A stretch of 64,000 bases of DNA from an uncultured Bdellovibrionales bacterium (GCA_964484195.1 CAZAER010000001.1:1215754-1279753), one strand, 5' to 3'. Positions 1-9,813 are shown, counted from the stretch's first letter. Made by a program: numbers and translations. The notes: a model not told the origin generated them from the sequence alone.

Positions 1-264
1 GAGGGCGCTGGCGCCGTTGGTCTCCAAGGCACGCCGCAATGCGACCGGGTTGGTCATTAGAAAGTTCGTTGGAGCGGTCGCGTCCACGAGGAGCTGGCTC
101 GCTAGTCGAGCCTTGCTCGCCGCCGCACCGTCGAGGTCGGCGGCGTCGAGGAGGTCGTGCGCCAAGCGCTCGCGCAGCAAGTGCTGCTGCAGCAACCAGA
201 AGAAGATGGCGTTCTCGCTCCAAGCGCTATCAGACCAGCGTCGATCCTTGGCGGGCGTGCTCAT
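1..264 (-). CDS. phaC: PHA synthase PhaC, N-terminal fragment. The gene continues beyond the left edge of the window.
   Basis: The minus frame is open from an ATG at 264 to base 1 (88 codons) and is missing from the ORF track because it has no stop in the window. The translation MSTPAKDRRWSDSAWSENAIFFWLLQQHLL...FLMTNPVALRRALETNGASAL resembles the conserved class I PhaC N-terminal region (NPEAL..AIET..). The PHA-locus context (phasin and phaR upstream) supports the call. Confidence 0.55.
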   Translation of the reverse strand, partial: MSTPAKDRRWSDSAWSENAIFFWLLQQHLLRERLAHDLLDAADLDGAAASKARLASQLLVDATAPTNFLMTNPVALRRALETNGASAL

Positions 265-481
265 GGGGCCGTCGGATTGAGCTCCTGCGGCTCGCAGAGC
301 AGTCGCTCCAGCGGCAACGAGCGAGCCCTTGGTCCAACGCATCAAAGCGCGGCTCGTCGAGACCGGATGTCGCGCGAGACCTGCGGCTCCACTCGCCAAG
401 GCCTTACCGAAGCCCACCGGGTCGGTACGATCGAGCACTTCATCCGCCACGCGTCGCAGTCCATCGCGCATTGTCATCTCC

Positions 482-2452
482 CTAGCTCCCAGCAGGCTGG
501 CGAGACTGCCGCCTGCGCTTCAACGATTCGAGCGCCTGGCGCTGCGTGTCGAACAACTGTGGATCCACGCGATGCGCTTGCAACGACGCGCCGAGCTTGA
601 GGCGCATGAAGGCGCTCGAGGTGTAGCGCGTGACGCGTTCGTAGTAGCGCTCGGTGAGGTCGCCGACGAGCGCCGCATAAGTGTCGGCGAGGTGGGCTGG
701 TACGCTGAATCCGTCATAGTCGACGACGGCGCGGACACGGCGGCCGAGCGGCTTGCACACCTCGGCGACGGCTTCTCCGATGCGGCGGATGTCGTCTTCG
801 CTGCGCAAGGTGAGACCGGCGAAGTTGATGAACAGGACCTCGCGCTCGGCGTCGTACTCGAAGCGCGACGCGAGCGGCCGCTCGTCGAGCGAAGCACGCA
901 GGCCCATCGGCGCGGCCAGAAAGATCCGCGGGTCCATGCTCTTCAAGGGCTGTTTGATCTCCGGCACGAAGTCCATTTGCCCCAAGACATCGCGCTGGAG
1001 GTCGACACCGGGCGCGATCTCTTCGAGACACAAGCCGGCGTCGGTGAGCCGAAACACGGCACGCTCGGTGACCACCATCGTCTCGTGTCCGCTTTCGCGG
1101 GCCTGAGCGGCGCTGAAGGTCACTTGCTCGACCGCTTTGACGAACTTGCGGTTACGCCCCTCTTCGAGGATGTGCAGACGGCCGCCGCCGATCGCGAGCT
1201 TCAAGCCGCCGCAGGTGAACGTGCCGACGAAGACCACCTTACGCGCGTTCTGGCTGATGTTGATGAAGCCACCGCAGCCCGCGAACGTCGAGCCGAAGCG
1301 GCTGACATTGACATTACCGGTGGCGTCGACTTCCGCCATGCCGAGGTAGGCCTGATCGAGCCCACCGCCGTCGTAGAAATCGAACTGCTGACTTTGATCG
1401 ACGAGCGCTTCGTTGTTGGTGGCGGCGCCGAAGTTGAGGCCCGACGCAGGCAAACCGCCGATGACCCCGGGCTCGGCGGTGAGAGTGACGAGGGGCAAGA
1501 GTCCCTCTTCGGCGGCGACACCGGCGACGGACTCGGGCATGCCGATGCCGAGATTGATGACGGTGCCGGGCACCAGCTCGCAGGCGGCGCGTCGTCCGAC
1601 GACCTTGCGCGCATCCAAAGCGAGCGGCGGTACGCTCTCGAGCGCGACGCGTAGCTCTCCGGAGAACGCCGGACTGTAAGGGGTGGCGTACGTCTGAGCG
1701 TGGTACTCGGCGGGCGCGACGGCGACGCAATCGACCAGAGCGCCGGGGATCTTCACGCTGCGCGCGGGGATCGAGCCGGCCTGAGCCAAGCGCTCGACCT
1801 GCACGATGACGACTCCCCCGCTGTTCTTCGCCGCCATCGCCATTGCCAAGTTGTCCAGAGTGAGCGCCTCGCGCTCCATACTCACGTTGCCGTAAGGATC
1901 GGCGGTGGTACCGCGCAGGAAAACGACGTCGATGGGAAAAGCGCGATAGAGCAGCCAGTCTTGTCCGTGCATGCGCACGAGCTCGACGAGATCGTCGGTG
2001 GAGCGCGCGTTGACTTTGCCGCCGCCACGACGCGGATCGACGAAGGTGCCCAGACCGACCCGCGATAGCGTACCGGGCTTTCCCGCGGCGATGTCGCGAT
2101 AGAGGTGCGAGATGCACCCTTGCGGCAGGTTGTAAGCCTCGATGTCGCCGGCCAGCGCCAAGGCGCCGACCTTCGGGATGAGCCCCCAATGTCCGCCGAT
2201 GACGCGCTTGAGCAGACCAGGCGCCGCCAGCCGGTTGAGGCCACGCGTTTTGCCGTCACCCTGCCCCGCCGCGAACACCAGCGTGAGCCCTTCGGGTCGC
2301 TGGTGCGTGGCGTGGGCGCGGGCAAGTGCTTCGAGCAAGCCATCGGGCGTACCGATGCCGACGAACCCCGAAGTCGCGAGCGTGTTGCCAGGCTGGACCA
2401 AGGCCACGGCCTCGTCGAGGCTCGCGACCTTGTTCACCGACGTCAACGCCAT
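482..2452 (-). CDS. Acyl-CoA transferase, acetyl-CoA hydrolase/transferase family (propionate/acetate CoA-transferase-like).
   Basis: The 656-aa ORF has an N-terminal CoA-transferase-like region (ASLDEAVALVQPGNTLATSGFVGIGTPDGLLEAL, GGHWGLIPK) and sits inside the PHA cluster. Its antisense partner ORF 329..1654 (+) is Ala/Arg-rich and is an artefact. Confidence 0.6.
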   Translation of the reverse strand: MALTSVNKVASLDEAVALVQPGNTLATSGFVGIGTPDGLLEALARAHATHQRPEGLTLVFAAGQGDGKTRGLNRLAAPGLLKRVIGGHWGLIPKVGALALAGDIEAYNLPQGCISHLYRDIAAGKPGTLSRVGLGTFVDPRRGGGKVNARSTDDLVELVRMHGQDWLLYRAFPIDVVFLRGTTADPYGNVSMEREALTLDNLAMAMAAKNSGGVVIVQVERLAQAGSIPARSVKIPGALVDCVAVAPAEYHAQTYATPYSPAFSGELRVALESVPPLALDARKVVGRRAACELVPGTVINLGIGMPESVAGVAAEEGLLPLVTLTAEPGVIGGLPASGLNFGAATNNEALVDQSQQFDFYDGGGLDQAYLGMAEVDATGNVNVSRFGSTFAGCGGFINISQNARKVVFVGTFTCGGLKLAIGGGRLHILEEGRNRKFVKAVEQVTFSAAQARESGHETMVVTERAVFRLTDAGLCLEEIAPGVDLQRDVLGQMDFVPEIKQPLKSMDPRIFLAAPMGLRASLDERPLASRFEYDAEREVLFINFAGLTLRSEDDIRRIGEAVAEVCKPLGRRVRAVVDYDGFSVPAHLADTYAALVGDLTERYYERVTRYTSSAFMRLKLGASLQAHRVDPQLFDTQRQALESLKRRRQSRQPAGS

Positions 2453-2508
2453 CTCAGTCCTCCACGCGCGTCGGCGAGGATCGACTGGGCGAAACGCGCG
2501 GGGCGGGC

Positions 2509-2778
2509 TTAGTCCTTGGATCCGACGAGGTCAAGCGCGCGCTCGGTGTAGCTCGTGACCGACTTGCGCCAGTGAGCGCTGAGGTTCTCGGCCGAGGTGA
2601 TGACCTCTTTGGCCAGCCGACCGGCCTCGTCCACTGCGGCGGTGGCGCTGGCGACGGCTTGCTTCTCGAGCTTGTCGACCTGCGCGAGCTCCGCAAGCTT
2701 AGTGGCCGAGTCGGCCCAAAGCTTTACCCAGCCGGCACCGAATTGCTGCATCTGCGAAAGAATGTTGCTCTGATTCAT
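2509..2778 (-). CDS. phaP: Phasin, a PHA granule-associated protein.
   Basis: The ATG at 2778 (MNQSNILSQMQQFGAGWVKLWADSATKLAELAQVDKLEKQ...) gives a 90-aa phasin-like helical protein directly downstream of phaR. The longer ORF-track start at 2910 gives an implausible N-terminus. Confidence 0.7.
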   Translation of the reverse strand: MNQSNILSQMQQFGAGWVKLWADSATKLAELAQVDKLEKQAVASATAAVDEAGRLAKEVITSAENLSAHWRKSVTSYTERALDLVGSKD

Positions 2779-2847
2779 GGTCGTGTCCTCACGAGAATCG
2801 CTGTTCTGTGGGCTTCTTAGTCTGGCGACGGTCGCCGTGGCAATCTT

Positions 2848-2910
2848 TTTTGCTGCACTGCAACATTTTATGCGCGCAACGCAGGAAGGCGCGCTGTTGC
2901 GACGCAGCAA
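2848..2910. promoter_or_regulatory. Two similar 14-15 bp imperfect palindromes in the phaR-phasin intergenic region, a candidate PhaR operator.
   Basis: TTTGCTGCACTGCAA lies at 2848-2862 and TTGCGACGCAGCAA at 2897-2910. They sit in a locally AT-richer intergenic region between the phaR stop and the phasin start. Confidence 0.3.
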
Positions 2911-2913
2911 TAG

Positions 2914-3399
2914 TTAGCGTTTACGCCGGGTCTTCGGCTTCAAGCTGCGGCGTAGCTCGGCCATCTCGCGACGTAGCTCTTTGAGCTCGTCCTGCGCGCT
3001 CGGAGCGGCGGCGGGCGCAGCGGACGAGGCTGGAGAAGGAAACGGGCGCGGCGCAGCAAAGGGATTGTAGAAGCTCCCCAAGCCATTCCGCGTTTGCTGG
3101 TAGAGCTCGAACGCCCAGCTCACGTAGCGTCCCAAGAAGTCCGCCAAGGGCTCTTCACCGAGGCGAATGAGCTGAACGAGCAGCGCCGGCGGCAAGAGGC
3201 GCGCGGCGTTCTGGTCTTCGAAGATGATCTGCGCGAGCGTCGGCGCGGTGAGGTCGGCCCCGGTCTTGGCGTCTTCGACGCGCACGTCTGCCCCCGCGCG
3301 AATACGCGCGGCAATCTCGTCGAGGCGGACGTAGCGGCTCGAGTCCGTGTCGTAGAGGCGGCGATTGTTGTATTTCTTCACCAGCACGCGAGCAGCCAT
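2914..3399 (-). CDS. phaR: PHA synthesis repressor PhaR.
   Basis: The N-terminus VLVKKYNNRRLYDTDSSRYVRLDEI is the PhaR DNA-binding signature. The ORF is 161 aa. Confidence 0.85.
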   Translation of the reverse strand: MAARVLVKKYNNRRLYDTDSSRYVRLDEIAARIRAGADVRVEDAKTGADLTAPTLAQIIFEDQNAARLLPPALLVQLIRLGEEPLADFLGRYVSWAFELYQQTRNGLGSFYNPFAAPRPFPSPASSAAPAAAPSAQDELKELRREMAELRRSLKPKTRRKR

Positions 3400-3420
3400 G
3401 CGGCACCGGGTGGCTAGCCG

Positions 3421-4635
3421 TCAAGGCGCCCCTCGCGACACGCGCTGCGACTTGCAGCGCCGCGCGACGTTCGCCGCCTTGGCAAAGAGCGCGAGCGACA
3501 CCAGCTGCATCACCACCGAGAAAGCCACCAGCGCGAGCCGCGAGCGGTCGTAGAGCAATCCGGTCACGACGCTGCCGATGAACCAACCCGAACCGTAGCC
3601 GAGATAGAACACGCCGAAAGCGAGGTTGCGTTTGCCCTCGGGCAGCTCACCGGCAATCAGCGCCTTGAGCAACGTGTCTTGGACGGCGTAGCCGACGCCC
3701 CATAACATGAGCCCGAGCAGCACCGCAGCGAATCCGCCAAAGAAGACGAGGGGCGAAAACGCCGCCGAGCAAACCACGCCGATCATCACAGCCGGCATGC
3801 CGATACGGTCGAAGAGCCTGCCGAGGATGAGGCTGGTGAGCACACCGCCGACGGTCGCGAAAGCAAGCAGCGCCGGAAGCCAGGGGCCGCTCACGGTCTC
3901 GGTCACCGCCAAGTGCAACGAGATGAGCTCGAAGCTCATGAGGCCGGCCGCGAAGAAGCCGCCCGCGGCCATGATGATCCAGTAGCTGGGACGAAACTCG
4001 GAGCTCGTCGTCGACGTCGCGTCGTCAAAGCGCTCAGGGAGCGGAAACACGAGACGCGCGACCGTGAGAGCCGCGAGCGCGAGCACGGCGGGCACGGTCA
4101 GAAGCAGGTAGCCGTGCTGGTAACCGGCGTGCCTCGCGACCACCCAAGCCATGAGCAGCGGTCCCAAGGTAGCGCCGGTCTCGTCGAGCGCCGTGTTCAC
4201 GGCGTAGACCCAACCGCGCCCGAGCTTGCCTGTCGTGTACGAGAGCATCGCCTCGATGGTCGGCTTGCGCAGCGCGCGGCCGACGCGCTCCCCCACCACG
4301 AGACAGGCGGCAACCGGCAGACTCCCGGTGAAGGCCAAGGCCGGGATGACCAACACGTTGAGCCCATAGCCGATGAAGGTAACGACCCAGTAGCGACCCG
4401 TGCGATCGGCGACATAGCCCGCGCCCAAGCGCAGCCCGTAGCCGAGGAACTCACCGAGCCCCGCGATCATGCTCACGGCAAGAGCGCTGGCGCCGAGCGA
4501 GCCCAGGAACGGCCCGTTGACGCTCGCCCCACCCTCGTAAACGATGTCGGCGAAGAGATTGACGACGCCGAGCATGAGCACGAACGCAAAAGCGGACGAC
4601 GCGACGGAGCGCTGCTCGGATTTGGCCGGGGTCAC
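3421..4635 (-). CDS. MFS transporter.
   Basis: The 404-aa ORF is a multi-pass hydrophobic protein with MFS-like loops (GEFLGYGLRLGAGYVADRTGR). Confidence 0.8.
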   Translation of the reverse strand: MTPAKSEQRSVASSAFAFVLMLGVVNLFADIVYEGGASVNGPFLGSLGASALAVSMIAGLGEFLGYGLRLGAGYVADRTGRYWVVTFIGYGLNVLVIPALAFTGSLPVAACLVVGERVGRALRKPTIEAMLSYTTGKLGRGWVYAVNTALDETGATLGPLLMAWVVARHAGYQHGYLLLTVPAVLALAALTVARLVFPLPERFDDATSTTSSEFRPSYWIIMAAGGFFAAGLMSFELISLHLAVTETVSGPWLPALLAFATVGGVLTSLILGRLFDRIGMPAVMIGVVCSAAFSPLVFFGGFAAVLLGLMLWGVGYAVQDTLLKALIAGELPEGKRNLAFGVFYLGYGSGWFIGSVVTGLLYDRSRLALVAFSVVMQLVSLALFAKAANVARRCKSQRVSRGAP

Positions 4636-4722
4636 GCGAGTCGCATGCTTACGCCGACGGTTGCCCCTCGGCTAGTGCCCTGTTGACGGAAGGTCACGGC
4701 GAGGTCACGCTACGAAGCGCCG

Positions 4723-5031
4723 ATGACGAAGCTCAACAGTGGAAAAGCTCTCGCAGCGCGCGCCGACGAGCTCGCGACCGCCGTGCTCGCGGGGCGTTGC
4801 GACCCAGCGATCTGCGTGCGCGAGATCAGCGCAATCAACGTTGCCCTCGAGTATCCCCGCGCGCTCCGCCGTTGGACCTTCCTCGAAGAGATGCTGGCGG
4901 ACCTCGAGCAGGGTCGTAACTCGTACTTCGAGCCCAACCTCACGCCGGAGCGCTTCGCGGAGCACGTTCGCGAAGCCGCGGGCAAGCTCTTGCGACGCGA
5001 CTTTCACGACGAGCGCATCTTCGGAACCTAA
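4723..5031 (+). CDS. Hypothetical protein.
   Basis: The 102-aa ORF has balanced composition, unlike the overlapping Arg-rich minus-strand ORF 4705..5076. Confidence 0.4.
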   Translation: MTKLNSGKALAARADELATAVLAGRCDPAICVREISAINVALEYPRALRRWTFLEEMLADLEQGRNSYFEPNLTPERFAEHVREAAGKLLRRDFHDERIFGT

Positions 5032-6038
5032 CGCTCGGGCGGACGCGCTGTCTCGTGCACGACGTACGGTCCCCATTTCATCTTCAAGTGATTGGAGACG
5101 TCGTCCTCGCCGAGCTTTGCGCGGTCGTAGAGACAGTCGGTGCGGAAGAACGACAGCGGCGCCGCGGTGAGCTCGAGTCGTTCCGGAACCTTGCCGCCGT
5201 TGGGCACGGCGACCGCGTCGAGCTTCTTCGCGAGCTCGGCAGCCGCGATACGGTCGTCGCTCTCGTCGAGATCGCCCGGCGGCAGAAACAAGATCTCGTC
5301 GTTGGCGACGCCCTTACGGTCGCGCCCGGTGAAGCCGCGCACCGATCCGTAGAGGTCGATCACGTAGCGCCACTTCACGTCCTTCTTGCTGGCCGCGAGG
5401 GCTTGGATCTCGGGCAGCAGTAGGCGGAACGAGGCTCGACGCTGGGCCTCGGCAATGTGCGGTAGACCCGCTTGCCGCTGGCCATGTCGATCTCGAGCTT
5501 CGTCCGTCGTTGCGGATTGCCCGAATCGACGCGGTGGGCCGTATCGAGCACGAAAGTGTCCGCTGTCGCGGTCCATGACAGATAGCGCCTGGCGTTTCCC
5601 GATGACTCGTTGGCGTCGGAAGCGACGACCCAGCGCAGCCCACCGGACTTTTTGTCGATGGCGACCACGCGATCGATCAGGCGCAGATAGACGACATCGG
5701 CGTCGCCGAGCGCCTCCCACGTGGCGTCGTTACCCATGTTGAAGACGTTACGATTCCAGCGAACCTTGCGCGTCGCCGCATCGACCCCGACGACCAGCAT
5801 CTGACTGCTGACGTAGCCGTTGCTGTGACCCGGCACGAACCAGACGGTTTGGGCGCGCTGCTCTGCCTGCTTGGCGTTGGGTTGGTTGAGCTCGAGCACG
5901 TACAACCGCAGTGCCGTCACCAGCGAGAGTCGCGTAGCGCCGAACGAACTCCCCTTTCGGGACGAAACCCTTCACCTCGTCGTCGGCGGGCTTGACGGTC
6001 GAGGGCTGCAGCGCGGCAACGACGAGCGAGATCCAGAG
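5028..6038 (-). pseudogene. Secreted protein gene disrupted by two compensating frameshifts. It is either a pseudogene or carries local sequence errors.
   Basis: The N-terminal piece (frame of ORF 5748..6053, signal-peptide-like MLWISLVVAALQPSTV...) and the C-terminal piece (ORF 5028..5720 from ...EAQRRASFRLLLPEIQ... onward) are in the same frame. The credible middle piece (ORF 5375..5920, ...VWFVPGHSNGY...LRWVVASDANES...) is in another frame. The junctions lie near 5900-5925 and 5480-5510. Confidence 0.4.
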
Positions 6039-6049
6039 CATGGAATCAA

Positions 6050-6864
6050 TCAACGCCTGAAGACCATCGGCAACGCAACCGCGGCGATCATCCCGGCGAG
6101 CATGACCAAGCCGATGGCAGCGACGATGACCCGCCAGATGAGCGCATGCGCCGACGCGACTTGCCTGAGAGTGGCCGCGTTCGGACGCGCGATGAAGTCA
6201 TCGAGCGCCGGGATCTGCCGCCAAACGAGCCAGAGAAATCCGAGCTGAACGACCGCGCTGACGAGCGTGATGGTCAGCAGCATCGATGCTCCCATGGCGG
6301 CGCTCTCCGGCGGCGGCTTCACCACGTTGCCGGCGAGACCAATGAACATGAGCGCTCCCGTAGTGCCGATGGCGATGACCAGCACGCGCCGTAGCTTGGC
6401 CGCGGCAGCGACGATGGTGTCGTGCGGACCGAGCTGCCACATCGCCGGCGTCGCGGCTGTCGCGGCTACGACGCGTTGCGCCCATGAGCCCGCCGACATC
6501 AGCACGAGAGCGCCGACACCAATGACCCACGTTTGCGTCATGCGGTCGAGGACGCCCGCCACCTTCGCGAGCGTCGGCTCCTTGGCGAGCGTCTTCACCC
6601 CACTCGCCAAACGGAACAAGAGCATCGACGCCACGAAGTACGCACCGGTGACGAGCGCGAGCATCACCGCGACGCTCCCTTCGGGCAGCGTCCCGCTCGA
6701 CATGCTGCCGAGACCACTCACCAGGGCGCCAAGCGCGGCCAGCAACCCGAGGATCCTCAGGTTGCGGTGGGATGCGACGAAGGGAACGACGGCGGCGGCA
6801 AGCTCGGCCTCGCTGCCAATGGCAACAGCGCCGAGCACCGCTTCGGGTGGCTTGTAGGGATTCG
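6050..6864 (-). CDS. Integral membrane protein, hypothetical.
   Basis: The C-terminal roughly 270 aa of ORF 6050..7291 is strongly hydrophobic with several TM helices. Upstream of about 6880 the ORF is antisense to the desaturase, so I place the start at the GTG at 6864. That start is uncertain. Confidence 0.45.
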
Positions 6865-6889
6865 AAAGGTCCACGAGCCGAAGCGTAGC

Positions 6890-7678
6890 ATGCTCCCGAG
6901 GCTTTACCTTTTGCGGTATGTTTCCCGGGTGTACCTCGCAGCCTGTGCCGCAATGTTCGCGACCGCGTACCTCACGAGCATTCTCGCGATCACCGTGGGC
7001 TACCATCGCGGCTTGGCCCACGGCGCGTTGGTGCTGCACCCTGCCTTGCGACGCGTCGTCATCGACGCGGGCATCTGGTTGACCGGGCTCGATCCCAAGG
7101 CCTGGATCGTCATGCATCGCATGCACCACGCGTTTTCGGACACCGCGCGCGACCCCCATGCACCGACCAAGGGCGGCCTCCTCGCGATGATCATCCAGCA
7201 GTACTACGGCACGAGCCATACGATCCGCGGTCTGCGTTACGCCGACCCGGAGTACACACGCTTCGCGGGCGACCTCGACTTCGATCTCCATCCCGTCACC
7301 AAACGTTGGATGTGGTGGCTACCGTATGCAGTGCACGCTATAGCGGGCATCGTGCTCGGCGCGACGGTCGGCTGGATTTTCGGAGCGGCTTACTTTTTGG
7401 GCATCGCGAGCCACCCCTTCCAGGGCGCCTTGGTGAACTTCCTCGGCCACTCCTCGGGCGCACGCAACTTCGACACCGGCGACGACTCTCGCAACAATCT
7501 GCTGGTCGCATGGCTGACCTTGGGCGAAGGCTTCCAGAACAATCACCACCGCTATCCGCGCTCGGTGTCGTTCGCCTACCGCCGCAGCGAGATCGACCTC
7601 GGTTACGCCGTATGTCTCGCGCTCGACGCCGCGGGCCTCGTCACCATCGATCGGGCCCAGCTCATCCCGAAGCCCTGA
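6890..7678 (+). CDS. Acyl-CoA (fatty acid) desaturase, membrane-bound.
   Basis: All three His boxes are present: HRGLAH, HRMHHAFSDTARDPH and QNNHHRYP. The ATG at 6890 is MLPRLYLL...; the ORF track begins at a TTG at 6533. Confidence 0.8.
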   Translation: MLPRLYLLRYVSRVYLAACAAMFATAYLTSILAITVGYHRGLAHGALVLHPALRRVVIDAGIWLTGLDPKAWIVMHRMHHAFSDTARDPHAPTKGGLLAMIIQQYYGTSHTIRGLRYADPEYTRFAGDLDFDLHPVTKRWMWWLPYAVHAIAGIVLGATVGWIFGAAYFLGIASHPFQGALVNFLGHSSGARNFDTGDDSRNNLLVAWLTLGEGFQNNHHRYPRSVSFAYRRSEIDLGYAVCLALDAAGLVTIDRAQLIPKP

Positions 7679-8215
7679 CTACTTGGTCGCCTTGCACGCG
7701 GCGCGCAGAGCCTCGGCATTGCGCGGCCAGGTGAACATGAAGGTCATCTCGCCGAACTGCCCGTGCACCACCTGGCCGCGACTGTCATCGCCGAGCCACT
7801 TGGCGAGCTCCACGGGAGGGACCGTGGTCTCGAGCACGAACTGGCTGCCCACCTGATACATCTCCGGCACGCCCCAGTATCCGGCGACGTCATGGGAGAC
7901 CGCGGTGCCCTTGCCGGTCGTCAGCAACAACGGCCAGGTCTTTTTTGCGTCCGGCCCCTCGAAGGCATCGCTATCGAACCCGAGGGCCTTCACGTCGACG
8001 GCCAAGCGGAGGATCGCGCGCGCCCCGCTGCAGGTCAACGCCAGCGTCGTGTTGGCGGTGTACTTGTTGTAGGCGCTCGTACCGAACGTCCTCGCCGTCA
8101 GCCACGTTCCATTCGTCCGCTCGAGCAGCCAAAGAGGCCGTGTCGGTTCGGCGATGGGGAGCTCAGCGATCAACAGGGCTGCGAGAAGGAGATGCACTCC
8201 GCGAGAGTGCCCCAT
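7679..8215 (-). CDS. Secreted hypothetical protein.
   Basis: The ATG at 8215 gives MGHSRGVHLLLAALLIAELPIA, a signal peptide followed by a well-composed 178-aa protein. The upstream part of ORF 7679..8911 is Ser/Arg-rich junk. Confidence 0.55.
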   Translation of the reverse strand: MGHSRGVHLLLAALLIAELPIAEPTRPLWLLERTNGTWLTARTFGTSAYNKYTANTTLALTCSGARAILRLAVDVKALGFDSDAFEGPDAKKTWPLLLTTGKGTAVSHDVAGYWGVPEMYQVGSQFVLETTVPPVELAKWLGDDSRGQVVHGQFGEMTFMFTWPRNAEALRAACKATK

Positions 8216-8786
8216 TTGCGGCGGCCAATGCCACCCGCCTGAACGGGCACGGCAGCGACCGCGGCGACGCCGACTTGGCGCGCCCATCGGTGCCGGGCGT
8301 CGCGAACGTCTTGAAGATGTGGGCGGCATCGCCGACCCGGGCGTTGAACCAGTGCGTGAAGCCCTCGACGCGCACGACGTAGCCGACGCCGCCGATGATG
8401 GCGATGCGCTCCTCGACCGTCTTGGTGAACTGGCCGCTGGAGTCGATGAATTGGGTGAAGCGCAGGCGGTACCCAGTTTCGCCCGCCAGCGTCGTCGGCC
8501 CCGAGGCAACGCTTCTGTAGCCGGGCTCGCCCTGACTCGCGGCGGCGATGGCCAGCACGAAGTCCTGAAGGGAGGCGTTACCGAGCTGCACTGCGCGAAT
8601 GGTGCAGATGGTGAGGCGGTCGTTGGTGTTGCGATGGAAGATCGCGCCCGCGGGGTCGTTCGACGGTTCGACGAGCACCCAGCCCTTCGGCAGGTCGACG
8701 GTGAAGTGCTGCTTCGGGTGCTCATAGTGCACACCAACGAGCGAAACAGCGAAGACCACCGCGAGCATGCGGCGACCATAGAGCAA
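8163..8786 (-). CDS. Secreted hypothetical protein.
   Basis: The signal peptide is MLAVVFAVSLVGV. The 3' end overlaps the start of the next gene by about 50 nt in another frame, and the last roughly 40 aa look low-quality, so the stop is uncertain. Confidence 0.5.
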   Translation of the reverse strand: MLYGRRMLAVVFAVSLVGVHYEHPKQHFTVDLPKGWVLVEPSNDPAGAIFHRNTNDRLTICTIRAVQLGNASLQDFVLAIAAASQGEPGYRSVASGPTTLAGETGYRLRFTQFIDSSGQFTKTVEERIAIIGGVGYVVRVEGFTHWFNARVGDAAHIFKTFATPGTDGRAKSASPRSLPCPFRRVALAAANGALSRSASPSRSPVDR

Positions 8787-8889
8787 CCACGCGCCTCAAC
8801 GCGAGCGCATGCCACCCTTTCAGGGGCTCCAGAGAGCAACTGGTTCGGCGGCCGGGCGATAACGCACGCGAGACACCAAGGAGCCTGCC

Positions 8890-9813
8890 TTGCAGCTTTT
8901 CGCGGACGCACGCCTCAAGCCCATGATCGACTGGTTCGACGCCGCCGTAAGCGCCAGGAGCGCGAGCCCCGGCCGGATCGACCGCGACGAGGCCGTCCAG
9001 GGTATGCTGGTGCTCAGCAGGGTCCTCGCACGCGAGCCCGAGGCAGACCAACTCGCCATCAAGTCCGCGGCGATTCGTGACCTCAAGCACCTCGCCAAGA
9101 TCGGCACCATCGATGCCGCAGACATCAAGACCTTTCGCCAGGCCGGCCCGCTGTTCAAGGGCGCCGCATCCAACCTGCGAGGCATCCTGACACCGTTGGT
9201 CTTGGGGGAGCCGGTATCGAGCGCCTACCAATCGTCCATGTTCGCGGACGCGCGCTCGCTGGCGCAAATGGTCCAGTGCTTGATGCACAACTTCCAGCCC
9301 GGCCAAGAGCAAGCGTCACTGCGCGCGCTCGAGCAGGCTCTCGCGCTCGTTGCCCGCTACGGCGCACCGGTCCACGGCCCCGACGTCGTCAACGTCCGCA
9401 ACGCGCTGTTGACCATGCACGTGTTCATTCGCGACCGCATCGAGACCCGGGGTGACCAGCTACGCTCGCTCGACGACGTGATGTACGAGGCCAACCGCTG
9501 GACCTCCTCGACGCCGGAAGGCCAACGCGTCGCGCGCGACAAGATGGAGGATGCCCTGCACCACATCGGGCTCGCCTTGCGCGGCATCGAGCACACCAAG
9601 ATCTCGGGCGAAGAAGCCTACGCCCTGCTCAAGTTTCTCGGCGACCGCATTCACGGTCTCGACGGTGATCCCCGCGACAGCCTGACGAAGCTGAAGGACT
9701 TGGCCTACAGCGACTGCGACTTCGCGCGTGGCCGCCGCGAGCTACGCCGCGACATCCGCATGGTCGAGACCGACTTCGCCGCAAAGCGGGCGCTCGGCGG
9801 GCGCCTGGTCTGA
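8890..9813 (+). CDS. Hypothetical protein.
   Basis: A TTG start at 8890 is preceded by AAGGAG at 8877-8882. The 307-aa ORF has balanced composition. Confidence 0.6.
   Translation: MQLFADARLKPMIDWFDAAVSARSASPGRIDRDEAVQGMLVLSRVLAREPEADQLAIKSAAIRDLKHLAKIGTIDAADIKTFRQAGPLFKGAASNLRGILTPLVLGEPVSSAYQSSMFADARSLAQMVQCLMHNFQPGQEQASLRALEQALALVARYGAPVHGPDVVNVRNALLTMHVFIRDRIETRGDQLRSLDDVMYEANRWTSSTPEGQRVARDKMEDALHHIGLALRGIEHTKISGEEAYALLKFLGDRIHGLDGDPRDSLTKLKDLAYSDCDFARGRRELRRDIRMVETDFAAKRALGGRLV

Noticed and set aside
329-1654. 441-aa plus-strand ORF
   Set aside because: It is antisense to the CoA-transferase gene and Ala/Arg/Gly-rich, a typical high-GC shadow ORF. The same reasoning applies to 1314..2189(-) and 1201..1614(-).
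6198-6953. 251-aa Arg-rich minus ORF and the overlapping 6267..6857(+) ORF
   Set aside because: It is a low-complexity Arg/Ala composition that overlaps the real membrane-protein gene in another frame.
8154-9080. 308-aa plus ORF and the 8722..9312(-) ORF
   Set aside because: They are antisense to better-supported genes (the secreted proteins and 8890..9813) and have Arg/Gly-rich junk composition.
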